This document shows, one piece after another, positions 38,059 to 47,778 of a stretch of 64,000 bases of DNA. Under the pieces are notes generated by a model, which saw only the letters and a list, made by a program, of their open reading frames with translations, had not been told where the DNA came from and searched no databases. The DNA comes from Actinomycetes bacterium. Lineage in GTDB: Bacteria > Actinomycetota > Actinomycetes > JACCUZ01. Within the stretch, counting starts at the first letter, position 1. Each line of letters opens with the position of its first letter. The translations under genes and the position numbers were made by a program. Location of the stretch: contig JBBRVW010000001.1 in assembly GCA_038246545.1 (NCBI GenBank), positions 11,473 through 75,472 of the forward strand. The letters run 5' to 3'.

Positions 38059-38726
38059 AGCCCTACCTCCTGCTGCGGGCCGCGGAGCTGCGCGCCGAGC
38101 GGCCGGCCGGCGAGGTCGACGACGTGCACTTCACCGAGTCGCTCGCGACCTCGGTGGTGGAGCAGACCACTCGGCCCGGCGACGTCGTCCTCGACCCGTT
38201 CGCGGGATACGGCACCACCCTCGCGGTGGCCGACCGGCTCGGCCGGGTCGCGGTCGGGGTCGAGGTGCTCGCCGACCACGTCGAGCTGGTCCGGTCCCGC
38301 GCCGGCGCGGGCGCCCGGGTCGTGCACGGCGACTCGCGGCGGCTCGGCCACGTGCTGGCCGGCGAGCTGGACCGGCCGGTCGACCTCGTGCTGACGTCCC
38401 CGCCGTACATGACGTCGGTGGCGCACCCCGAGAACCCGCTGACCGGGTACGCGACGGACGACGGTGACTACCCGACGTACCTGCGCGAGCTGGGCGGCGT
38501 CTTCGGCCAGGTCGCCGGGCTGCTGCGCCCCGGCGGCCACGTCGTCGTCAACGTGGCCAACGTGGTGACCCGCTCGGCGACCGGGGACGTCGTGACGCCG
38601 CTCGCGTGGGACGTCGGCCGGGTCGTCGGCGAGCATCTGAGGTTCCAGGGCGAGACCTTCCTGTGCTGGGACGAGCACCCGCCCGGCCTCGCGGGCGACT
38701 ACCTGCTCTGGTTCCGCAAGCCCTGA
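38055..38726 (+). CDS. small DNA-methyltransferase-like protein (N4/N6 class; AdoMet motif I then motif IV SPPY); orphan
   Basis: VLDPFAGYGTT (FxGxG) and LVLTSPPY. The GTG start overlaps the VOC stop (GTGA). At 223 aa there is little room for a target-recognition domain. Confidence 0.65.
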   Translation: MKPYLLLRAAELRAERPAGEVDDVHFTESLATSVVEQTTRPGDVVLDPFAGYGTTLAVADRLGRVAVGVEVLADHVELVRSRAGAGARVVHGDSRRLGHVLAGELDRPVDLVLTSPPYMTSVAHPENPLTGYATDDGDYPTYLRELGGVFGQVAGLLRPGGHVVVNVANVVTRSATGDVVTPLAWDVGRVVGEHLRFQGETFLCWDEHPPGLAGDYLLWFRKP

Positions 38727-38738
38727 CGCCGTGCCAGG

Positions 38739-39209
38739 GTGGACGACGTGCGACCGACGCTGTACGAGACGGCCGGCGGCGAGCCGGCGATGCTGGCGCT
38801 GGCGACCGCGCACCACGCACGGTGCCTCGCCGACCCGTACCTCAACCACCCGTTCTCGCACCCGGACGGGCAGCCCGACCACCTGAGAAGGCTCGCGGTC
38901 TACTGGGGCGAGGTGCTCGGTGGCCCGCCCGCGTACACGCAGGAGTACGGCGACCAGTCGACGGTCCTGCAGCTGCACGCCGGCAACGGTGACATGTCCG
39001 AGCCCGGCCGGCGGTTCGTGGAGTGCTTCGTCGCAGCCGCCGACGACGCGGCACTGCCCGACGACCCGGAGCTGCGGGCCGCACTGCGGGCGTACATGAC
39101 CTGGGCCGTCGAGGACGTGCTCGCGTGGTCGCCAGAGGGTTCGGTGGTGCCGGCCGGGATGACGCTGCCGCGATGGACCTGGGACGGGCTCGACACCGGT
39201 CCGGCATGA
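38739..39209 (+). CDS. globin-family (truncated-hemoglobin-like) protein
   Basis: PTLYETAGGEPAMLALATAHHARCLADP resembles the trHb N-terminus. Confidence 0.55.
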   Translation: MDDVRPTLYETAGGEPAMLALATAHHARCLADPYLNHPFSHPDGQPDHLRRLAVYWGEVLGGPPAYTQEYGDQSTVLQLHAGNGDMSEPGRRFVECFVAAADDAALPDDPELRAALRAYMTWAVEDVLAWSPEGSVVPAGMTLPRWTWDGLDTGPA

Positions 39210-40159
39210 GCGACCCGGCCGATGCGATGCCCCCGGCGGACGGCTCCGCAACAGAGCGGCTGGAGGCCGCCCTCGCACACGTACCGGCCCTCAGGCCTGG
39301 CCCGCGCGAGGTGGTCGCCCTGCGCGGCGGGCTGACCAACGACACCTTCAAGGTCACGACACCCGACCGGACGGTCGTGGTCCGGCTGTCCACCGTGGGC
39401 AACGACCTGCTGGCGATCGACCGGGCGGCCGAGCACGTGAACTCGGTGCGCGCGGCGGAGAGCGGCGCCGCCCCCGCCGTGGTCGCGTACCTGCCCGAGG
39501 ACCGCGCGCTGGTCGTGCAGTGGGTGGACGGCCGAGCACTGACTCCCCACGACCTGGCGGACCAGGCGATGCTCACCCGCGTGGCCGCCGTCGCCCGGCT
39601 GCTGCACTCCGGGCCGCGGTTCGAGGGCGACCTGGACCTCGCCGCCGTGCAGGACCGCTACCTTCGGACCGTCCGGCAGCACGGTCTTCGGCTCCCGCCG
39701 CGGTACCTCGAGCTGCTGCCGCGCGTGGCCGACGTCCTCCGGGTGGTCGCCGTGGGAGCCGGCCCGACGGTGCCCTGTCACAACGACCTGGTTGCCGCGA
39801 ACATCGTCGACGACGGCAGCCGGCTGTGGCTCGTCGACCACGAGTTCAGCGCCAACAACGACGCGATGTTCGACCTGGGGAACCTCTGGCAGGAGGCCGA
39901 CCTCCCGGAGGGCCACCTCGAGCACCTGGTGACGGCCTACCTCGGCCGGCCGTCGCGACGGCAGCTCGCGCGGGCCAGGCTCCTGGGCCTGACGGCGCGG
40001 TTCGTCTGGACGCTCTGGGCCTCGATCCAGCAAGAAGCCGGTCACACCGGCCCCGACGTCTGGTCCCGGGCGATCGCGAGGTACGAGGTCGCCGTCGCCG
40101 AGCTCGACGGGCCGGACCTCGGAGGCTGGCTACGGCTGGCGGCACAGGCCGAGCCGTGA
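39206..40159 (+). CDS. aminoglycoside-phosphotransferase/choline-ethanolamine-kinase-fold protein
   Basis: LRGGLTNDTFKV, CHNDLVAANI (Brenner HxDxxxxN), LVDHEFS. Its ATG overlaps the globin stop (ATGA). Confidence 0.7.
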   Translation: MSDPADAMPPADGSATERLEAALAHVPALRPGPREVVALRGGLTNDTFKVTTPDRTVVVRLSTVGNDLLAIDRAAEHVNSVRAAESGAAPAVVAYLPEDRALVVQWVDGRALTPHDLADQAMLTRVAAVARLLHSGPRFEGDLDLAAVQDRYLRTVRQHGLRLPPRYLELLPRVADVLRVVAVGAGPTVPCHNDLVAANIVDDGSRLWLVDHEFSANNDAMFDLGNLWQEADLPEGHLEHLVTAYLGRPSRRQLARARLLGLTARFVWTLWASIQQEAGHTGPDVWSRAIARYEVAVAELDGPDLGGWLRLAAQAEP

Positions 40160-40297
40160 GAGCCCACGGCGACGGCCGCCCCCGGCACGACCTGAGCCTC
40201 GTCGCCGCCAGTACGGCAAGCAGGTGCACCGACGACGGCGGAATCGGCGTGGCCGGGCGGCAGACCTGCCGGCTTCGTCGGTGCTCTCCGCCGCCAC

Positions 40298-41065
40298 CTA
40301 CAGCGGCGTGACGTAGGCGGAGGAGATGCCGCCGTCGACGAGGAACGTGGAGGCGGTCATGAACGAGGAGTCGTCGCTGGCAAGGAAGGCGACGGCGGCG
40401 GCGATCTCGTCGGGCTCGGCGAACCGGCCCATCGGGACGTGCACCAGGCGGCGGGCGGCGCGCTCAGGGTCCTTGGCAAACAGCTCCTGCAGGAGCGGGG
40501 TGTTCACCGGCCCCGGGCACAGCGCGTTCACCCGGATGCCCTCACGGGCGAACTGCACCCCGAGCTCCCGGGTCATCGCGAGGACGCCGCCCTTGGAGGC
40601 CGTGTAGGCGACCTGCGAGGTGGCGGCTCCCATGACCGCCACGAACGAGGCCGTGTTGATGATCGAGCCCCGGCCCTGCCGCTGCATGTACGGGATGACG
40701 TGCTTGCAGCCGAGGTACACCGAGGTGAGGTTCACCGTCTGCACCCGCTGCCAGACGTCCAGCCCCGTGTCCAGGATCGAGTCGTCCTCGGGCGGGCTGA
40801 TGCCCGCGTTGTGGAACGCGATGTCGACGGCGCCGTAGGTCCGGTACGCCTCGGCGTAGATAGCGGCGACCTGCTCCTCGTCGGCCACGTCGGCCGCCAG
40901 GAACAGGCCGCCGACCTCGTCGGCCGCCGCGCCGCCGCTGTCCACGTCGAGGTCGACGCACACCACCGATGCGCCCTCGGCCGCGAGTCGTCGGACGGTC
41001 GCGAGCCCGATGCCACTCCCTGCGCCGGTGACGACGGCGGTCCGGCCCTGCAGTCGCTCTGCCAC
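40298..41065 (-). CDS. SDR-family oxidoreductase
   Basis: TGAGSGIG, NAG, YxxxK pattern. Confidence 0.85.
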   Translation of the reverse strand: MAERLQGRTAVVTGAGSGIGLATVRRLAAEGASVVCVDLDVDSGGAAADEVGGLFLAADVADEEQVAAIYAEAYRTYGAVDIAFHNAGISPPEDDSILDTGLDVWQRVQTVNLTSVYLGCKHVIPYMQRQGRGSIINTASFVAVMGAATSQVAYTASKGGVLAMTRELGVQFAREGIRVNALCPGPVNTPLLQELFAKDPERAARRLVHVPMGRFAEPDEIAAAVAFLASDDSSFMTASTFLVDGGISSAYVTPL

Positions 41066-42442
41066 TCATTCCTCCGTGCTGAGGAAGACGTTCTTGACCT
41101 CGGTGAACGCGTCCAGCGCATCCGGTCCGAGCTCGCGGCCCAGGCCGGACTGCTTGAAGCCGCCGAACGGTGTCCAGTAGCGCACCGACGAGTGCGAGTT
41201 GACGCTCAGCGCGCCGGTCTCGACCGCACGCGCGACGCGCAGTGCTCGACCGAGGTTCTCGGTCCAGATCGACCCGGCCAGTCCGTACGGCGAGTCGTTG
41301 GCGATCCGCACGGCGTCGGCCTCGTCGTCGAACGGGATGACGGCGACGACCGGGCCGAAGACCTCTTCCTGCGCGACCCGCGCGGAGGGATCCACGGGCG
41401 CCAGCACCGTCGGCGGGTACCAGTACCCCGGCCCGTCGGGCAGGTGGCCCCGGAACGCGACCGCGGCGTCCGGCGGGACGAAGGACGCGACCCGCTCGCG
41501 GTGCTCGGCGGTGATGAGCGGCCCCATCTCCGCCGTCGCGAGGGTGGGGTCCTCCACCCGTAGCGACTGCACCGCCGGCTCGAGCAGCTCCATGAACCGG
41601 TCCATGGCCGAGCGTTGCACCAGGATCCGGGACCGCGCGCAACAGTCCTGACCCGCGTTGTCGAACACGGCGTACGGCGCCGTCGCGGCCGCCCGTTCCA
41701 GGTCGGCGTCGGCAAAGACGATGTTGGCGCTCTTGCCGCCCAGCTCGAGGGTGACCGGCTTGACGTGGGCGGCGCAGCCCGCCATCACGGCCTTGCCGAC
41801 CTCGGTCGACCCGGTAAACACCACCTTCGCGACGTCCGGGTGGTCCACGAACCGCTGGCCGACGACCGACCCCTTGCCCGGCAGGACCTGCAGCACGTCC
41901 GGCGGGAGCCCGGCGTCCAGTGCCAGCTCGGCCAGCCGCAGCGCCGTCAGCGGCGTCACCTCGGCGGGCTTCAGCACCACGGTGTTGCCGGCGGCCAGGG
42001 CCGGCGCGAAGCCCCAGGCAGCGATCGGCATCGGGAAGTTCCAGGGGACGATCACCCCCACGACGCCCAGCGGCTCCTTGAACGTGACGTCGACGCCGCC
42101 GGCGACCGGGATCTGCGCGCCGAGCAGCCGCTCGGGCGCCGCCGCGTAGTAGGTCAGGACGTCGCGGACGTTCCCGGCCTCCCACCGGGCGTTGGTCAGG
42201 GTGTGGCCGGCGTTGGCGACCTCCAGCCCGGCCAGTCCCGCGATGTCGCCGTCGACCGCGTCGGCGAACCGGCGCAGCAACCGGCCGCGGTCGCCGGGGC
42301 TGACCTGCCGCCAGGTGGCGAAGGCGCGGCGGGCCTTGGCGATCGCGGCATCGGTCTCGGCGGCGGTGGTCGACGCGACAGTGCCGATCACCTGCTCGGT
42401 GGCCGGGTTGACGACGTCGTGGGTCTCGGTGTCGGCGGTCAT
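41066..42442 (-). CDS. NAD(P)-dependent aldehyde dehydrogenase
   Basis: ELGGKS and GQDCCA catalytic Cys motifs. Directly follows the GS-like gene. Confidence 0.9.
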   Translation of the reverse strand: MTADTETHDVVNPATEQVIGTVASTTAAETDAAIAKARRAFATWRQVSPGDRGRLLRRFADAVDGDIAGLAGLEVANAGHTLTNARWEAGNVRDVLTYYAAAPERLLGAQIPVAGGVDVTFKEPLGVVGVIVPWNFPMPIAAWGFAPALAAGNTVVLKPAEVTPLTALRLAELALDAGLPPDVLQVLPGKGSVVGQRFVDHPDVAKVVFTGSTEVGKAVMAGCAAHVKPVTLELGGKSANIVFADADLERAAATAPYAVFDNAGQDCCARSRILVQRSAMDRFMELLEPAVQSLRVEDPTLATAEMGPLITAEHRERVASFVPPDAAVAFRGHLPDGPGYWYPPTVLAPVDPSARVAQEEVFGPVVAVIPFDDEADAVRIANDSPYGLAGSIWTENLGRALRVARAVETGALSVNSHSSVRYWTPFGGFKQSGLGRELGPDALDAFTEVKNVFLSTEE

Positions 42443-42452
42443 CGGCGTCTCG

Positions 42453-43871
42453 TCACATCCGCTCGAAGGACCGGAACCGCTCCCAGTCGGTCACCGTGGA
42501 GTCGTACGCCGCCAGTTCGACGCGGGCCATGTTGGCGTAGTGGTCGACGACGTCCTGCCCGAACGCCTCCCGGGCGATCGCGCTGCCTTCCCACAGCTCG
42601 AGCGCTTCGTGCATGGTCGCCGGTACGCGCGCCGAGTCGGAGGTGTAGGCGTTGCCACCGAACGGCTCCTCGAGCTCGAGCTCGTTCTCGATGCCGTACA
42701 GACCGCCGGCGATCAGCGCCGCCGACGCCAGATAGGGGTTGACGTCGCCACCGGGCACCCGGTTCTCCAGTCGCAGCGACGGACCGTGCCCGACCATCCG
42801 CAGCGCGCACGTCCGGTTGTCCCAGCCCCAGCGCACAGCCGTCGGCGCGAACGAACCCTCGACGTAGCGCTTGTAGGAGTTGATGTTCGGGGCCAGGAAG
42901 AGCGTCAGCTCGCGCAGGGTGGCCAGCTGGCCGGCGGTGTACTGCTTGCACAGGGTGGACATGCCGTGGTCGCCGGACTCGGTCTCGTCGGAGAGCACGA
43001 GGGAACCGTCGGCGCCGCGGAACGACAGGTGGATGTGGCACGAGTTGCCCTCGCGCTGGTCGAACTTCGCCATGAACGTGAGGGACATGCCCTCCTGTGC
43101 GGCGATCTCCTTGGCACCCGTCTTGTAGAGGACGTGGTTGTCGCAGGTGCGTACCACCTCGTCGAACCGGAAGGCGATCTCGTGCTGACCGAGGTTGCAC
43201 TCGCCCTTGGCCGACTCGACAGTCATCCCGGCCGCGGTCATCTCGTTGCGGATCCGGCGCAGTAGCGGCTCGACCCGCGACGTCCCGACGATCGAGTAGT
43301 CGACGTTGTAGAGGTTCGCCGGCGACAGGTCCCGGTAGGCGGACCGCCACGCGTCCTCGAAGGTGTCCCGGAAGACCATGAACTCCAGCTCGGTGCCGGC
43401 CAGCGCGACCAGCCCACGCTCGGCCAGCCGCGCGGTCTGCCGCTTGAGCACCTGGCGCGGCGAGGCCACGACGTCCGAGCCGTCCTCCCACCGCAGGTCG
43501 GCCAGCAGCAGCACGGTGCCCTCGTGCCAGGGCACCCGGCACAGCGTCGAGACGTCCGGCACGAACATGAAGTCGCCGTAACCGCGCTCCCAGGACGACA
43601 TCGCGTAGCCGTCCACGGTGTTCATGTCGACGTCGACGGCCAGCAGGTAGTTGCAGCCCTCGGTGCCGTGCTCGAGCACGTCGTCGAGGAAGTACTGGGC
43701 ATGCAGCCGCTTGCCCTGGAGGCGCCCCTGCATGTCGGTGAACGCGACCAGCACCGTGTCGACCGCACCCGCGGCGACATCCTCGCGCAGCTGGTCCACC
43801 GAGAGCCCACGACCCGCACCCGCCACAGCGACCTCCTCGTCGGCCACGTCCGACCGGCACCCTAGCGCCAA
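42453..43871 (-). CDS. glutamine-synthetase-family gamma-glutamyl-amine ligase (GlnA3/GlnA4/PuuA-like)
   Basis: GS catalytic-domain motifs: HEIAFRFD..., NSCHIHLS, NRTCALRM. Confidence 0.85.
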   Translation of the reverse strand: MALGCRSDVADEEVAVAGAGRGLSVDQLREDVAAGAVDTVLVAFTDMQGRLQGKRLHAQYFLDDVLEHGTEGCNYLLAVDVDMNTVDGYAMSSWERGYGDFMFVPDVSTLCRVPWHEGTVLLLADLRWEDGSDVVASPRQVLKRQTARLAERGLVALAGTELEFMVFRDTFEDAWRSAYRDLSPANLYNVDYSIVGTSRVEPLLRRIRNEMTAAGMTVESAKGECNLGQHEIAFRFDEVVRTCDNHVLYKTGAKEIAAQEGMSLTFMAKFDQREGNSCHIHLSFRGADGSLVLSDETESGDHGMSTLCKQYTAGQLATLRELTLFLAPNINSYKRYVEGSFAPTAVRWGWDNRTCALRMVGHGPSLRLENRVPGGDVNPYLASAALIAGGLYGIENELELEEPFGGNAYTSDSARVPATMHEALELWEGSAIAREAFGQDVVDHYANMARVELAAYDSTVTDWERFRSFERM

Positions 43872-43954
43872 TGGGAAATCCTTGACCCATTCTCTACCAC
43901 GGGTCTACCGTCCCGACCACGTCACCGTGTCCGGGGGCCGACGAAGGGACCCGC

Positions 43955-45487
43955 ATGGCCGAGCGCCGCTCATCCGTCACGTACCGGGAAGCCGACCAGG
44001 ACTACTTCGCCAAGCGGACTCTCCGCCGGCACGCCGGGGTGTGGTCGCTGTGGGCCCTCGGGGTGGCAGCAGTCATCTCCGGGGACTTCTTCGGGTGGAA
44101 CTTCGGGCTCGAGTTCGGCTTCGGTGGCCTGCTGGTGGCCACCGTGGTCATCACGATCATGTATCTCGGCATGTGCTACTCGATCGCCGAGATGTCACCG
44201 GCCCTGCCGCACACCGGCGGCGCCTACTCGTTCGGGCGCACCGCGATGGGGCCCTGGGGCGGCTTCGTCACCGGCGTAGCCGAGAGCATCGAGTACATCG
44301 TCACGCCCGCCGTCATCGTCGTGGGCATCGGCGGCTACATGAACTCCATCGCCGACGACCTGTTCGGCTTCACGATGCCGCTGCCCCTGTGGTGGGCGGT
44401 CTTCTACGGCATCTTCGTCGGTCTGAACGTCTTCGGTGTCGAGGCGTCGTTCCGCTTCTCGGTCTTCATCTGCCTGGCGGCACTGGCAATCCTGCTCGTC
44501 TTCTGGACCGGCGCGCTCACCAAGCTCGACTTCCAGGCCCAGGCGATCGACTCCGTCGGCGGCTGGTTCCCCCACGGTGCCAAGGGCGTCTTCTACGCGA
44601 TCCCGTTCGCCATCTGGTTCTACCTGGCGATCGAGGAGCTGCCGCTGGCCGCGGAGGAGTCGCACGACCCACGTCGCGACATCCCGCGCGGCACCATCTA
44701 CGGCCTCTTCACCCTCATCATCGCCGCTTTCCTCACGCTGTTCCTCAGCGCCGGCATCGCGCCCGGGTCCGGCGATCTCAGCACCTCGGCCGAACCACTG
44801 TTCGACGGTCTCAAGACGATCTTCGGCACCGGTACAGCCGCCTCGCTGCTCGCCCTGGTCGCGGTCACCGGCCTCGTCGCCAGCTTCCACACGATCATCT
44901 TCGCGTACGGGCGGAACATCTACTCGTTGTCCCGCGCGGGCTACTTCCCGCACGCCCTGTCCGTCACGCACGGCACCCGCCAGACCCCGCACGTGGCACT
45001 CCTGACGGGCGCCGCTGTGGGCTACATCCTTGCGCTGATACTGCAGTACTCCGGGTCGGACAGCGTCGGAGCCGCGCTGCTCACCATGGCCGTGTTCGGA
45101 GCCGTCATCTCCTACGTCATGCAGATGATCTCCTTCATCCTGCTCCGTCGGAACAAGCCCGACATCGAGCGGCCCTACCGCAGCCCGCTCGGTGTGGTCG
45201 GCGCCGGCGTCGCCGGTCTGATCGCCGCCGTGTCCCTCATCTCGCTGTTCTTCAACGCCGACTACCGGCCCGGGGTGGTCGGGGTCGCGATCTGGTTCGC
45301 ACTGGCGATCGTCTACTTCGCCGTCGTCGGCCGGCACAAGCTGATCCTGTCGCCGGAGGAGGAGTTCGCCATGACCGGTGGCACGCACGGCGTCAACCTC
45401 GAGTCCGAGGGCTACGGCACCACCCACGTCGCCGACCTCGGCACCGCACCCGGCGACACCACGAAGCCGCCGAGCACGACGGGCTGA
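43955..45487 (+). CDS. APC-superfamily amino-acid/amine permease
   Basis: 12-TMS hydropathy and APC-like motifs. Divergent from the GS-like operon. Confidence 0.85.
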   Translation: MAERRSSVTYREADQDYFAKRTLRRHAGVWSLWALGVAAVISGDFFGWNFGLEFGFGGLLVATVVITIMYLGMCYSIAEMSPALPHTGGAYSFGRTAMGPWGGFVTGVAESIEYIVTPAVIVVGIGGYMNSIADDLFGFTMPLPLWWAVFYGIFVGLNVFGVEASFRFSVFICLAALAILLVFWTGALTKLDFQAQAIDSVGGWFPHGAKGVFYAIPFAIWFYLAIEELPLAAEESHDPRRDIPRGTIYGLFTLIIAAFLTLFLSAGIAPGSGDLSTSAEPLFDGLKTIFGTGTAASLLALVAVTGLVASFHTIIFAYGRNIYSLSRAGYFPHALSVTHGTRQTPHVALLTGAAVGYILALILQYSGSDSVGAALLTMAVFGAVISYVMQMISFILLRRNKPDIERPYRSPLGVVGAGVAGLIAAVSLISLFFNADYRPGVVGVAIWFALAIVYFAVVGRHKLILSPEEEFAMTGGTHGVNLESEGYGTTHVADLGTAPGDTTKPPSTTG

Positions 45488-45562
45488 GGCATCGACGCCC
45501 GCTCCGGGCCGAACCGGCCGGCATTCCGCCGGATCCGCGGTGGCAACGCCTTCGAGGAGACG

Positions 45563-46219
45563 GTGGAACGACTGCTGCAGGCCGTCCGGCTCGGCCAGGT
45601 CGTGGCGGGTGACCGGCTGCCCGCCGAGCGGGAGCTGGCCACCCGGCTCGGCGTCAGCCGGCCGACCCTGCGTGAGGCGATCCGGTCGCTCGCCGAGGCC
45701 GGGTACGTCGAGTCCCGCCGCGGTCGCAGCGGAGGGACGTTCGTGCTGCCGGCCGGCGAGTGGCGCCGGGACCAGCGCAGCGTGCGCGACATCGTCGCGG
45801 ACATGGGCCGCGAGATGACCGACGCCCTGCTGATGCGCGAGGTGCTCGAGCCGGGCGCGGCCGAGCTGGCTGCGTCAGCGACGCACCCACCGGAGCTGGT
45901 GCGGGAGCTGGAGGACGCCCTGGAGCTGGAGCGCTCGGTGTCGGTCGCTGACTACCGCCCGGCCGACAGCCGCCTGCACCTGGCCATCGTGGCACTGGCC
46001 GGCTCGCCGTCGCTGACGGCGGCCGTGTCGGACAACCGGATGCGCCTCAACGACCTGCTCGACGCCATCCCGCTGCTCCCGCCCAACATCGCCCACTCGC
46101 GAACCCAGCACGCCCGGATCGTGACCGCCGTGCTGCGCCGCCGGCCGCAGGCGGCCCGGAGCGCGATGGCCGCTCACCTGGAGGGCACCGCCGCGCTGCT
46201 ACGGGGGTTCCTGGAGTGA
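45563..46219 (+). CDS. GntR-family (FadR/FCD subfamily) transcriptional regulator
   Basis: HTH ...DRLPAERELATRLGVSRPTLREAIRSL plus an FCD C-terminal domain. Its reading frame continues straight from the permease stop. Confidence 0.8.
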   Translation: MERLLQAVRLGQVVAGDRLPAERELATRLGVSRPTLREAIRSLAEAGYVESRRGRSGGTFVLPAGEWRRDQRSVRDIVADMGREMTDALLMREVLEPGAAELAASATHPPELVRELEDALELERSVSVADYRPADSRLHLAIVALAGSPSLTAAVSDNRMRLNDLLDAIPLLPPNIAHSRTQHARIVTAVLRRRPQAARSAMAAHLEGTAALLRGFLE

Positions 46220-46369
46220 CCGGGCCACGCCCAGGTGCCGGACAGCACCCGGCCGTAGCCGGGCACCGCCCCGTCGACGACTACGTCCGGCTCCGCATCG
46301 CGCCGGCTCTGCGGTGTGCGTGGTCGGCTCTCGTCCCGTGCGGGTGGGCCGCGTCCGGACGGCGTCGGG

Positions 46370-46882
46370 TCAGAGGTCGAGCCAGGTGGTGGTGATCGCC
46401 CGGCCGGCGGTGTGCAGCCGCAGCCGCAGCGGGCCTGCGGGCAGCGCGTCCAGCTGGAACCGGCCGTGCTCGTCGGGCTCGACCGCGAGATCCCCGCCAC
46501 GGTGCTGGAGGCTCGCCGTGAAGCCGGCGCCGGCTCCGGCGACATGACCCTCCAGCTGACGCTGGGGCAGGGCCGGGGAGCGGAGGTGCCCCGCCATGTC
46601 GTCCCGAGGTCGAGACACCTGCAGCTCGATGACCACGCCGGAGGCGTCGAAGGTGAGCAGCCGGATCCCGTTGCCGCCGCGGACAGCGGCGAGCCGCTCC
46701 GGCACGAGCGAATCGGCGACCAGCTCCGCGAGCTCGGCATCGGGGTCGCGCCACCCGAACGCGAGCACGGCCCCGTCGAGCACCGGTCCGGGGACGGGGT
46801 CGCGCTGCGCGACGAGCTCGCGGTAGCGCAGCAGCAGCCCGTCGAGCTGGCCGTCGGTGAGCGCGCGGTCAGGTCCGTCCAT
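46370..46882 (-). CDS. hypothetical protein downstream of (and overlapping) the ECF sigma gene; possible cognate regulator
   Basis: Start chosen at MDGPDRALTDGQ. No zinc anti-sigma motif and no transmembrane segment. Confidence 0.45.
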   Translation of the reverse strand: MDGPDRALTDGQLDGLLLRYRELVAQRDPVPGPVLDGAVLAFGWRDPDAELAELVADSLVPERLAAVRGGNGIRLLTFDASGVVIELQVSRPRDDMAGHLRSPALPQRQLEGHVAGAGAGFTASLQHRGGDLAVEPDEHGRFQLDALPAGPLRLRLHTAGRAITTTWLDL

Positions 46883-47549
46883 GGCGTCCGTCCTCTGGTC
46901 GAGCCCCCCGGAATGATGGTGTGCCCTCCGTAGGTCGCTTCTCGACAGAGGCCAGGTCGCCGCGACTGATACCGGCAGCAAGCACCAGGTCGTGCAGCCG
47001 GCGCAGGCAGCGCCCGCGGGTGGGCCCGATGCTGCCCACCGGCATCGCGAGGGCGGCGCCGACCTCCTCGTACGACGGGGGCGGGTCGGCCATCAGCACG
47101 CGGAGCAGCCGGCGGCACGGCTCGTTGAGGCTCTCGAAGACCGACCACAGCGTCGCGTCACGCTGCCGTAGGAGCAGGGTGGCGTCGACAGCAGGCGCGG
47201 AGCTGTCAGTGAGATCGATGACCTGCTGCTGATCGACGGGCCGCTCCCGGGCCGCGCGGCGGATCACTGCCAGGCACTCCCGGCGGCAGGTGGTGGCGAG
47301 CCAGGCGCCGAGCCGGTCCGGGTCGCGGATCCGGCCCAGGTTCTCGACCAGGCGCAGCCAAGTGCTCTGCACCGCGTCGGCCGCGTCGGACTGCCCGAGC
47401 CGGTGCGAGCGGGCCACCGCCCAGAGCAGCGGGGTGAACCGCGTCGCGATCAGCTGCCAGGCCGCCGAGTCGCCGGCGGCCGAACGGTCCAGACACCATC
47501 GGAGGTCGAGATCGTCCACGCGATGCTCCTGACGTCGTCTGCGCTCCAT
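46869..47549 (-). CDS. ECF-type sigma-70 factor
   Basis: Region 2 (AAWQLIATRFTPLLWAVA...DAVQSTWLRL) and region 4 HTH (YEEVGAALAMPVGSIGPTRGRCLRRL). Confidence 0.75.
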   Translation of the reverse strand: MERRRRQEHRVDDLDLRWCLDRSAAGDSAAWQLIATRFTPLLWAVARSHRLGQSDAADAVQSTWLRLVENLGRIRDPDRLGAWLATTCRRECLAVIRRAARERPVDQQQVIDLTDSSAPAVDATLLLRQRDATLWSVFESLNEPCRRLLRVLMADPPPSYEEVGAALAMPVGSIGPTRGRCLRRLHDLVLAAGISRGDLASVEKRPTEGTPSFRGARPEDGRHGRT

Positions 47550-47778
47550 GGGAGCGCGGCGACTACCGCGGGGTCAACCCCTCTCACTGTCGGTGAGAGC
47601 GGGGGTCGCGGCGGGGCGACCAGCCGGTCCTCGAGCCCGTCGCCGACCAGCGGCGGCGCCTGCCCGCGGAGGTACCCCGGCTGCTGCCCCGCTGCCCGGC
47701 GGCTTCCTGGACCGACCACCGACGGGCGCAGCGGCCGACCGGAGGGCGGAACGCTGCGGACCTGCTTAGGGTCGTGGC

